Under the pieces are notes generated by a model, which worked only from the letters and a program-made list of their open reading frames with translations, made no database searches and was not told the origin of the DNA. Positions 12,462 to 24,089 of a DNA stretch of 64,000 nucleotides are shown one piece after another (within the stretch, counting starts at the first letter, position 1; each line of letters starts with the position of its first letter). The DNA comes from the human T2T-CHM13v2.0 reference genome, Homo sapiens. Both the position numbers and the translations under genes were made by a program. The stretch lies in the NCBI RefSeq assembly GCF_009914755.1, contig NC_060929.1, one strand, 5' to 3'.

Positions 12462-13357
12462 GGCTGGGAGTTATTTTATCTTAGTCCTGGTGACTTTAAC
12501 TGACTTCACCAACATCAGCTTCCTCCTGAGAAACAGGAAAAAAAACTCTAAGTTATGACTATGGGAAAGTGACTACTGAGTTTCATATGTGAGATCTTCA
12601 TACTTTAGCCTAATCATGACTGAACAACTTCATTCATTTATTTATTTGTTCATTTGTCTCATTATCCATCCTTTCAGTTGACAAAATCTTCTTTGGGTCC
12701 AGAACTGTTTCAAGCCTTAGGGCAAGCAAACCACTAAAGAATTCAATCTCACAAACATTCAGCAATTTTGGTTCAGTTCCTCTGCAGAGCTGGGAAGACA
12801 ATGATAGGAAAATGAAAGAAGTGGTCTCAAGCCTCAAGGAGCTTCAGTGGGTGACAGAGGATAAAACAAGAAAGCAAACACATGTGGTATGTGGTTAAGG
12901 ATGGAGAGCGCCAATGGGGAGGAAATAACAAAGGTTGACGTTAAGAGAAGATGCAGCGTGGAGCTTCCTGGCACTACCAAGAACAGGATGTCACAAAACT
13001 CATAATATCAATTAGGCAGAGAGAACGTCCTCCTTGGAAATAAAAGGAAGGTCTGCGTGGAGAGAGAGTGTTGGAGAAGGTATGATGGACACTGAATTCA
13101 CTCCCTGTGCACACAGCTAGGTTTCCAGCAAGGACTATACAGTGGAAGTGAGGACTCCAGGAAGAGAGTGGGACATAGGTATTGTATGTTTTGGACCTAA
13201 GGGAAATCACTGTGCTTTTGTTTTTTAGTGTCTGGATGGCGAAACTGATGTTCAATGATCAAATTCAAGGCATTTAATTTTCAGCTTCCTACCAGCTCCA
13301 TATATACAACACTGTAATGTCTGGCACTGTATACAGTCAGGACTCACATTGTCATAA

Positions 13358-13735
13358 AAAATGTCAACTTTGCCCACATGCCGAACTTCCCGGGTACCCG
13401 TGCCCTCTGGCTTGCAGCCAACCACAGGGTTCAGCTAATGGAAGAATAAGTAGGCAGTCAGAGGGCAGGAGGAGAGAGAGCTGGGGAATGTTATGCCCAC
13501 TCCTCTGCTGTGCCCCTAGGGCTGGGAAGCCTTGTGGCTAGAGCAGCCTCTCTTCACGGCTCCCAATTTTCCCAAGTTCTGGAGACTGTGTTTGCTTCCA
13601 CTGCTTCCCGCTGCTGACCACCCTCTAGATCAGTATACTAACCCTGTCGACTCCTCGGAAGAGTCCCTGCATTGGATTCTGTAGAGAATCCCAGCTGAGT
13701 GTTCTTTTCATGTCCTGTGGAAACCTTGATGAGAG
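13358..13735. mobile_element. LTR33-like ERVL LTR
   Basis: TGCCCTCTGGCTTGC...GGGTTCAGCTAATGGAAG...CAGAGGGCAGGAGGAGAGAGAG is typical of the LTR33 family. Confidence 0.6.
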
Positions 13736-13964
13736 CTGATGTGCAGGGGGCACTTTCTAAAAAGGACCTCAGAGGCCACTATAAGAAGTTTCAATTTTAT
13801 CCACCAAGTGCAGTGGGAGGGATACCATTAAGCAGGTAACTGTCATAATTGGGTTTTTGTGTTTGTTTTATAATGTTTCATTCCTTCTTGGTGGATCAAT
13901 AGCATTAAATAACAAAGTACAAGATAAATTCCCAATTGGAGCTATAAGGTTAGGCTTTGAAAAA

Positions 13965-14110
13965 TCTTTTATTAAAACTTAAGATGAAATTCCCATAACA
14001 TACAGTTAATAGCTTTAACATGCACAATTCAGGGTTGTTTAGTGCATTCACAGCGATGTGCAGCCATTACCTCTACCTACTTCCCAAACATTTCTGTCAC
14101 CCCAAAAGGA
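13965..14110 (-). mobile_element. L1MB 3' fragment
   Basis: CACAATTCAGGGTTGTTTAGTGCATTCACAGCGATGTGCAGCCATTACC...AAACATTTCTGTCACCCCAAAAGGA. Confidence 0.7.
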
Positions 14111-15509
14111 TGGTTGGTTTTTAAACACCATTCTGGAGGCATGCAGCAGAGAACAGGCTGAAGTGTGGTGAAAAGAAGTGGGCAGGCAAGGTAGGAGGCC
14201 ACTTCAGAACCCTAAGGGAGAAATGGCCAGCAGAGATGGACGTGGTCAAGTCTGAGACGTAATTCAGACGTAACACTGGCTGGCTGGCAGCTCGGCTGGA
14301 TGTGGGGGTGCAGGGAGATGGAGACGTTCTGGCCTTGAGCACAGAGGTGAGGAACACTGGAGGAGGGAGAGGCCTGGCAGGAAGTTGTGGGCTCCAGTTT
14401 GGGATGTGTTAACGTTTGAGATTCCAATCAGACATCACTATCAAGAGGCAGCTGGGTGCATGAGTTGAGTGCTGCACAAAGGTAGAAATGTAGAGCCTTC
14501 AGCATTTAAATGGTATTTAAAGCCAAGGGACTGGATGAAGTCACAGAAGTAAAGAAATAAAGGGTTCAAATTAAGAACCAGCAGCCCAGGGCTGGTCTTG
14601 CATTGAAGAGTCTGGTGGTGAAGGTAATTTGGTATAAAGAAGAAAAAGCAGTGTAAAAAAATGTAGTTGCACAAACTGTTAATCTTGGGATGGTTTGCTA
14701 CTCTTGAATGTCAGTGGAAACCTTCTTCTGTTAGTTGCTGACTTATTTTTTTTTTAAATATCACAAGTAATTTGAAACTGTTTCTCTTTTATTGTGCATA
14801 TTTGTAAAAAATACTGAGCCGCAGTTCCCATTTAAAAGCATCTGTTTCAGGACTATCAGAGGGTTGATTGAGGACAAATAAAAATGCGTTAGCCAGTTGA
14901 TCATTATGGCACGTATTCAGTGATTATACGCAGAGCACGTCACAAGAGGGGATAAAAATCACTTATTTTAGGAATTTCCTGAGTCAAGGCAGGAGCAACA
15001 TCAGCAGAGCGTGGCAAAGCACGCAGAACGGTGCAGCCTCTATTATGATTGGAATGTAAAGTGTAATAGGATTTTCAGAAAACAATTTAGAAAAAGTGAC
15101 AATCTTGCTTATTTAAATGCTATGTGACATTCAGCACTACTCCTTGAGGTAAAATTACAAAACTGATAAACTGGCTTTTCAAGATATTATTGAATATGCT
15201 GAACACAGGTAATGCATTTATCTATTAACTAACCCTTAGGTTAGTATAAAGCTACATTGTTTCCTGAGAATGGAAGGTGACTTTCCTGAGTTGTGATACC
15301 AAAACTTTGGAATTTCTATGCTTGTGTATTTCAAACCAAATTTTAGATTGCTTCTATTTTTTTTTACATAGTAATTTCTCTGTATGGATATATATGGTAT
15401 AAAATAAATTCCATTTTATATTATAATTAATCTTTATCAAATCTTAGGTTCAGAAAAAGTGCATGTTTTTGGTATATATTCTCAAGTTTTCTAGAAGAAC
15501 ATAATAGTA

Positions 15510-16280
15510 TTATTTTCTATGATTATAAAATACACATGGTAATATTAAAATCTTCAGCCTATTAAAAAGGGATAAAGAATAAAGTAAGAATAAAATCACC
15601 CAGCGATAATGAGATTTGGGAGACAAGCTCTTGTTTATCGCTCTATTCTTATCATATACTCACATGTCACTTTACAGAAATAGAATCCCAGCACGCACGC
15701 TGTTCGTTAACTTGACTTTTGCATTCAACACATGTTACGGATATATTTTGATATCAACATCTAGCCACATCTTAATTTTTAATGCCTGGTAATGCTCTAT
15801 TTGATGGTCCATTTTTATCTGATTGTGTATTGATGGACATTTAAGTTGTTTCTTTCTTTTTTTATTTATTTATTTTTTTTTGCTGACATTGGCTCTTACT
15901 ATGTACTAGAGTGTTTGAAATGCTTTCCATATATTAACTCATCTGCTCTAAAGATGCTTCTTAATAGTCTCTCAATATGAATTCCTAAAACTTGGATCGC
16001 TGGGTAGAGTCTACACACTTTAAATACTGAGGTATATTGCCAAAATGCTCTCCAGAAAGATCACCCTCTTGACACTGTCACCCAATAGTGTGTGTTGCTG
16101 CCCCTCAGCAACCCTGGGTGCCAGCAATCATTCTCATCTTTGGAGATCTACTAGCAGACATGGCATCTCCTTCCCATGGGCATTCCTTTTAATTAACCTT
16201 CTTCTTATGAGTGTAGTAGCTGGTTGCATGTTGTTTTTTGAAATGCCAATTCATTTCTTTTGTTATTTTATTTCCCAGTT
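15510..16280 (-). mobile_element. L1ME-type 3' region remnant
   Basis: TTGATGGACATTTAAGTTGTTT, ATTCCTAAAACTTGGATCGCTGGGT and ATATTGCCAAAATGCTCTCCAGAAAG. Confidence 0.65.
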
Positions 16281-19200
16281 GGGTCATGCATGGGAATGAA
16301 CACATAAGTTAAGCTACTAAAAGTTGCAGAGCTGTAGAGACGCTAAAGAACTGAGAAGTTATCAGAACTAGTACTGATGCCCAATATCATTATTTTTCCT
16401 TCTTCTTATCATTTTTGTGACCCTTAGTCTATTGACACCTGTATTTCTCTTTTCATGGTATCATTTAATTCATTTGTTTTCTACAGTGAATCCTCTATTT
16501 AAAAATTCAGGGGACATTTATTTTTGCTGTTTCCCACTGACATGATTCCCCCATCTTCTGTCTTGGTGAGAGCAAGCTTTGACGATTATAAACACAAGGT
16601 GTAAAAAGGCTTTGGAAACATGTAGCCACCGACATGTTCATTGTTGACAATGGACATTAATATTCACACACTGTTTCCATGGCAAACTCTTGTCTCTGTT
16701 GCTAGTCTAAGGATGCAAAGCTCTAGTCATTCACTTTACCAAGTTTATCCATTTTACTGTGTTTGGAGGTTGAGAATGTAAGCACTGATACAGTTGAAAA
16801 CAAGATGAATTCCTTCATGGAGTGAGATCCTATTGAACTATCTAGTAGCTTCTACCTCTTTCTCCAAACCACCTTACTCTGTGAAGACTGGTTTCCTTAT
16901 CCTAACTTGCAATAATGGGAACTCAAGATCCAGCAAAATCTGAATTGGGCTCTACTGTCATGACTGATTCATAATTTCTAGCTAAAAATCCAACCATAAC
17001 CTGACTGTGCTCACCCCCTCTGTTTATCTCAACTGGCTATTTATTCCAATCTATCATGTCATTGCTCTCAGATTAATGTTCCTACCCTGCAGGAGGGATT
17101 CATGGCACTGCCCTACTCAACAACCATCTGTTTGTCCCATCCTCCACAGATTTAGCAACAAATGACATAACAGCATCTAAAAGTCCAAGTTTGTAGGATT
17201 TGCTGACTTGTTTTTCATATAAGTTTCTTACATAAACTCTTAATAAGAGTAAGAGTAATAACATTAAAATATGACCTCTCTTCTGGGAGCTGAGCTAATG
17301 AGGTCCAGGTACATAATCTTGTGATTGAATGTTATGAACAGATGGAGTTTATAAATTCCTGCAAAGATGCATGAGTATTACATCCCTTATTTCACGTCAA
17401 CAATTTCCAATGCACTCAGGTTCTCAGCAGGGACTATATAAGTTGATGGTAAGGCCCCAAGAAGAGAGTGAGGTTTAGACATTCTGTGTTTTACCCTCAG
17501 GGGAAATCCTGGTGCTTTTGTTTCTAGGTGTCTAGATAGGAAAATTGATATTCAATTATAAAATTCAAGGCATTTGGTTTTCAGTTTCTTACTATGTATC
17601 TACAACATGGTGATACCTAACACTGTCTATAGTCAGGACACCCATTGTTCTTAGACAGAAAGAAAGGACAAAAAACAGCTAAAAAATTATTGGCCTATAC
17701 AAGACTCTAAGGCACTCCTTATTTGTGATTCCAGAATTTTTTAATATAGAAAAATTAATCAAAATATATGTATAAAATATATGTATTATAAGTTATTAAG
17801 AGAAGCTTTTACCTATCACCTCCTGGAGACTAAAAAAATATTTAAAGGAAGTGAAATTTTGAGGAACTTTTTTTTGGTCTTGTTCACAGATAATTAGATC
17901 TACAAAATGCTCTCATTAAACTACATGGATCAAGTTAGATGGAAATTTATATCATCCATCTAAATTCTGAATAATATATTGCAAAAACAACCTTTGTCAT
18001 TTTGATATTAAGTTGTTCTTTATGGCAATAATTAGATAGAAGTGCCATTTATTTCCTTAGGTGAATTATGATTTGTGATGATAAAATCATATCATCAGAT
18101 AAAAAGTATCCTCAATTCCATCGCAAGAAAACATGCATCAATTAATTTAAATACTATAGCAAGTTGTTTATACCAGAGGAATGTATATAAGATGATACTT
18201 GTTGGTTCCTGGTAGCTACTGATATTCTGGCAGTGGTGTTGGCGAAGGCAAAGAAATAGAAAAGGAAGACTTGAAGAAGACACAAAGTTGGCTTAGGATT
18301 CAAGCTGGTTTTATATTGTTTAGGATAGAAATGGGATCTCTCAATGCCCATTTCTATTCCTGCAATAGTGTTCAAGTATTCTTTATAGATGTGTTAACAT
18401 ACTGTCACCCATGATGACTCACACATTAAGCAAGTCTTACTATGAAATCAAAGATGGATGAGCATCAGTGAATACCAATAAGTCTGCTACTGACCTAAGC
18501 CTTTTTCTCAGTAGGTTAAAAGGAGAACACAACAGTGGTTATTAGTTGAGGAATACTCTTGAAGCCTGGGAATGCAGCTCAATGTGGGGAAAATTGGAAT
18601 ATAGTTTCCACCAAATTAGTCCAAGAGGGATTTATTGAACTCCTATGATATGCTGGGTTGAACATCATGGAAACAATCATGACTATGAAACTTCCCCTAC
18701 TCTTAAGGAGCTTATAGGTTAATGTAGGTGATAGAGAGGCAGAGATGATACAACTTGAATGGAAAACCTGTGATATGAGTCCTGGTAGGAGGAGTATGAT
18801 TAACAATGCGTCATAATGGAAGATGATGCTAACAAAATGAGGCAAATGCTGGTTATGGAGGTCTGAGAAATTTGAGATGTAAGACATCAGTAGAGCCTAG
18901 CAGAATTTTACTCTTTAAAAAGTATATATATAATTGGAAATTTATGGTATATAAATGGTTTTGTTAAAATTAATTAGACTCAGGGCACTCACAACATTGA
19001 ATCATTTTAAGTTGGCAAAGAATGTAATGATGATTATCAATTTAGTGTACCAGGAAGACATATACAATACATTCTTCGCCTTATATTGAAATTTAACTCT
19101 TAGAAAGACATATGTCCTACTGATCTTTATGATACTGTGGAACTACAATAGCTTATAGCTAGAAAACTCTTATTTAAAATTACCCCACTGAGATGACAGT

Positions 19201-19303
19201 GCATATATTTTACAACTATTTCTTAATTATGAAGATGGTATGTTCAACAATGAGCAGATAATTTTTCATAGCTTGACTAACTTTTCTCAATTTCAGTTGC
19301 CTA

Positions 19304-19603
<300 letters not shown>

Positions 19604-19666
19604 CTATATTCCTAAAACAAGGTTATCACAGAAAATATGAACCATGCCTTTAAATATACATATTTA

Positions 19667-19750
19667 TCTCGAACTCCTGACCTCAGATGATCCACCCACC
19701 TCAGCCTCCCAAAGTGCTGGGATTACAGGCATAAGCCACTATGCCTGGAC
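19667..19750 (-). mobile_element. Tailless 5' Alu fragment (first ~84 nt) with a 19-bp TSD
   Basis: TAAATATACATATTTATCT at 19651-19669 and 19751-19769 flanks the Alu left-arm piece; no poly(A). Confidence 0.9.
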
Positions 19751-20270
19751 TAAATATACATATTTATCTGTACCTAACCCTGACATTCTATAATGTCTCC
19801 ATTTTTAGTTATCTTCACAAAGGAGATAGGAGATATATTTGTTATAAGAGATATGGTTTTAAAAAATCATTTTCTGACCTCCACTTCTAAAAGTTAGTAA
19901 ATTTGAGGGCTGAGGACCTATTGACACCTCAACCCTCTTATTAAAGGCTTAAATGACTCTCAGAATAGATAACCCTGGATATTATATAATATTTAAAAAA
20001 ATATGTAATTGGCTTGGAGAAAGCAGGTATTTGTATTCCAAAATGATGCTGCGTAAACATGGAAGAACTTTTGGTTTGGTGCTTATTACATTAACCTTTT
20101 AATATTTCCTTCTCAACCTAACATGGGGATAACAATGACACACATTTTATTTGCTGGAAATAATAAACTAAAGGCTCTGCTCATTGAAGAAATAACTCAC
20201 AGCAATGACCTTCATTGAGGGATCGCTGAGGCTAGAGCACTAATTCTGTAACTAGCAATAAAAACAGGGT

Positions 20271-20625
20271 TGATATGGTTTGCTCTGGGTCCCCACCCAA
20301 ATCTCATCTCGAATTGTAAGCCCCATGTGTTGAGGGAGGGACCTGGTGGGAGGTGACTGCATCATGGGGGGTGGTTTCCCCCATGCTGTTCTTGTGATAG
20401 TGAGTGAATTCTCATGAGATCCAGTGGTTTTAAAGTGGGGCACTTCCCCCGCATCGCTCTCTCTCTCTCTCCTCCACTATGCTTCCTTTTGGCCTTCCGC
20501 TACGATTGTAAGTTTCCTGAGGACTACTCAGCCATGTGGAACTGTGAGTTAATTAAACTTCTTTCCTTTATAAATTACCCAGTCTCAGGAAGTTCTTTAT
20601 AGCAGTGTGAAAACAGACTAATACA
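20271..20625 (+). mobile_element. MSTA/THE1-type MaLR solo LTR
   Basis: TGATATGGTTTG...ACAGACTAATACA with perfect TSD AGGGT (20266-20270, 20626-20630). Confidence 0.93.
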
Positions 20626-21879
20626 AGGGTCATGTGGCCTTAAATGTAATATGTTATTTTGGAAGCAGAGTCCTAGGTTAATATTTAAAGCATTTAAAGA
20701 AAGAAACATAATAGCGATTGGTTGAGAACTCACTTTTAAGTTTCACACACTGAAAGCACAAGCAAGGCTTATGTGCCTCACATATTGTAGAGTCTCAGCA
20801 TCATGGTCCCTGCAAGCAGATGGGCTCCTCTGTTCATGTCCCTGACCCCCAAGGCAGGATGTAGAGTGAAGAAGGACCTCACTTATCCTGCTGGGGACAG
20901 GGTCTGTAACACTGATCTCTTTTCCATATTTGCCCTAGGGCTTAGCTGAGCAACACACTCTAGATCCTGCTACCTCGTAGAAAACAGTGAAAATGTGATC
21001 TGGCTCTTTAGAGAACCAAACTGAAATACATCACTCCTAACGATGCCAACTGGCAACTCCTATAAAGAGTTCCCATGTAGCAGGGATGCTGGCTCCCATC
21101 TGAGTTGATGTCTCTGTCCTCTTCAGAGTTCAGACAGGGCTGAGCACTCCCGGTTGCCTGAGGATGTGGAGCTGACAGAGTCTACTAGTATGTGGGCCCG
21201 GAGGTTCTGGGGAAGAACCAAGTCTGTGCACTTGAGGTCTGGGATGTGTTTGGGCAGGTTAGGCAGGCTGGGCAGAGGCTGACTGGTGGGGCAGGAAAAG
21301 CTCCTAGGAGGGAACTGATGTGAATGCAAACCAGCCAGCGGGTACCAGGAGCAGGGTGCAGTGGCGGGGAGGGTGGACCCAATGACTGGAGTGGGAGCCA
21401 TTATTTGACTCGCCCTTAGCCCAGCAACAGAGAGGCAAGTCTCAATTCCCGGGAAAGAGGCTAAGGTGGGAAAAGCTCTTTCTGTAATGCCTGGGGTATA
21501 AGAAGTGCTCTTCAGGGATTCTAGTACAAATTGTAATGCAAGGGGCAGTGAGCCATTCTTTCTCTCTGGCTTACCTACTACCTCATAGCTGCAGTCTCCT
21601 GGGGGCTCAGGGTAGACACATGTGGGGCCACTTTGCCCGGGAAGCAGCAGGTGAGATGGCGACAACCAGCAGAGCACACAGGCTGTGCCCCGGGGAGCCA
21701 TGGTGACCAGCTGAGAGAACTGCAAGCTCTAAAAGCACTGTGGAAGCTTCTGCCAAGCCCAGTGTATAGAACAGATACACAAAGAAGTCGGGGATAGTAG
21801 TGCTTCCAGTGTGGAACTGCGTCTGGTAGAGCAGGATGGTAGGGAGGGCTGTGTGATAGCCAAAAACCCAGGAGGCTCC

Positions 21880-22500
21880 GTGTGTATGTGTGTGTGTGTG
21901 TCTGTGTGTGTGTCTGTGTGGTGTGTGTGTGGTGTATGCGTGTGGTGTGTGTGTGTGTTATGTGTGGCATGTGTGTGTGGATGTGTGTATGTGTGTGTGT
22001 GTGTGTCTGTGTGTGTGTCTGTGTGGTGTGTGTGTGGTGAATGCGTGTGGTGTGTGTGTGTATGTGTGGCATGTGTGTGTGGATGTGTGTGTGTGTTATG
22101 TGTGGCGTGTGTGCATGGATGTGTGTGGTGTGTATGTGTGGTGTGTGTGGAGGCTATGTGTGTGGTGTGTGTGTGGGGGGGTGCGTGGTATCTGTGTAGT
22201 ATGTGTGTGGTGTGTGTGTAGTATGTGTGTGGTGTGTGGGTGTGTGTGGCGTGTGTGATGTATGTGTGGTGTGTGTGGGGTGTGTGTGGGGGGTGTGTGT
22301 GGTGTGTGTGGTATGTGTGGGGTGTGTGTGGATGGAGTGTGTGTGTGGTGTGTGTGTGGATGGGGTGTGTGTGTGTGGATGGGGTGTGTGTGTGGTGTGA
22401 GTGGGCGTGTGGTGTGTGTGGGGTATGTGTGTGTGGGTGTGTGTGTAGTGTGTGTGTGGTATATGTGTGTGGTGTGTACGTGTGTAGTGTGTGCATGCAC
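21880..22500. repeat. Complex (TG)n/(TGTGG)n low-complexity tandem repeat, about 620 bp
   Basis: Directly visible; source of the His/Thr and Val/Cys pseudo-ORFs. Confidence 0.95.
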
Positions 22501-23780
22501 ACACCCGGGCATGTATGTTCATGCCTGCATGTGCTGGTCTGTGTGGGTATGCCTACATTGCACAGGTATGTTTGCATGCACCCACCTTCGTGTGCACATC
22601 TAAGAGTGTGCACACCTGTATATATATGTCTGTGTGTGCAAGTAAAGTTAGTGACTTAGTTTTTGGAGGAGAGGGATGGATGTGAGACACTTGGTTTTAA
22701 GTAAATTTGCCTCAACTTCAACCTCTCTCTTCCCCCATCCATGTCTAGGTAGCTTTTCCACTGCCCACGATGGCTTCAAAACTCTTAATTGCAGGTGATT
22801 GCCCTCAACTTCCCGCCCTCAACTTCCCACCCGCAACTCTTACTACTAGCCATGTCCCCCAAGGATTGGGTAATACTATCTTTGTATAAAAGAGATACAG
22901 CAAAAGAAACTGGCAACAGTCAATGGGGAGAAGCAATGCCAAGGGTAGCTGTGGGCTGTTGTCCTTGCAAATTTCATATGACTGACAGACTTTCTGTGGC
23001 CTAATGATTTTTTAAAAGGTAATTTGCATAGATATAGCTGTTTCCATAGCAACTCAGATTGTGTTTCATTACACTGCAGCCCTAATGGCAAGCAGCTTTA
23101 GGAAAGCTACCTAGAGATGGTGAGGGAGCCCCCTGGAGGTAAAGGGAATTTTAGTAAGATCCTGGTATTTGGAGTTTGGATCAGCAAATTTTAGAGATAT
23201 TCCTTTCCATTCACTAAGCATGTGGCTTATCTAATCAGACATAGTGTTTGCTTTTGGGAGAGTTGCCCTTCTGAGATCACCTGATCATTTCCTTCTTTTC
23301 AATCCCATTTTCATTAGATTCAAATTATAAATACCTAGCCATGCTCAATGTGAAGTTTATACATGACAAAAAAATTTCACATCTGTGTTTATACACTTCA
23401 ATAACTAAGTTAATAGCAAGGGCAGTTTTGCAGAAAATTATTAAATTGATAGACTGCTTGAAAATCCTAAATGATCCATGTTCATCTCATAACTACAACT
23501 GTATGTTAAATACAAATTTCTATCTCCTGTTAATTTAACGAAGCCTTAGGAAGTCTCCTGAAAAAGGCATGGAAAGTAAGGCATATTAACATGCCCCTCC
23601 ACCCATACGTGTCCTTAATAAAGGATGCACGTGATTGGCTGTGCATAAGTGATTACACAGATCAGAAAATGCCCCAAGGTCAAAAGTAGAGAGGATGGCA
23701 TCGACACTCTCCAGCTAGCGGGTACAGATACCCAGCAGCTAAGGCCCCACTGCTAAAGAAGAGCAAATCAATTTAGTTTC

Positions 23781-24089
<309 letters not shown>

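Larger units (their letters stand above)
12629..14640 (-). mobile_element. Fragmented L2 interrupted by later insertions
   Basis: TTCATTCATT tail at 12629, GCCTCAAGGAGCTT, then L2 motifs resuming at about 13740-13870 and 14115-14640 (GGGCTCCAGTTTGGGATGTGTT...TTTGAGATTCC, TGGTATTTAAAGCCAAGGGACTGGATGA). Confidence 0.65.

Noticed and set aside
21123-21725. 200-aa minus-strand ORF
   Set aside because: No recognisable domain; GC-richer, probably old LTR-like sequence; non-ATG start; no clear exon signals.
21578-22685. Many long overlapping ORFs (up to 294 aa, His/Thr- or Val/Cys-rich)
   Set aside because: Artefacts of the stop-poor TG/CA repeat; open in nearly all frames on both strands.
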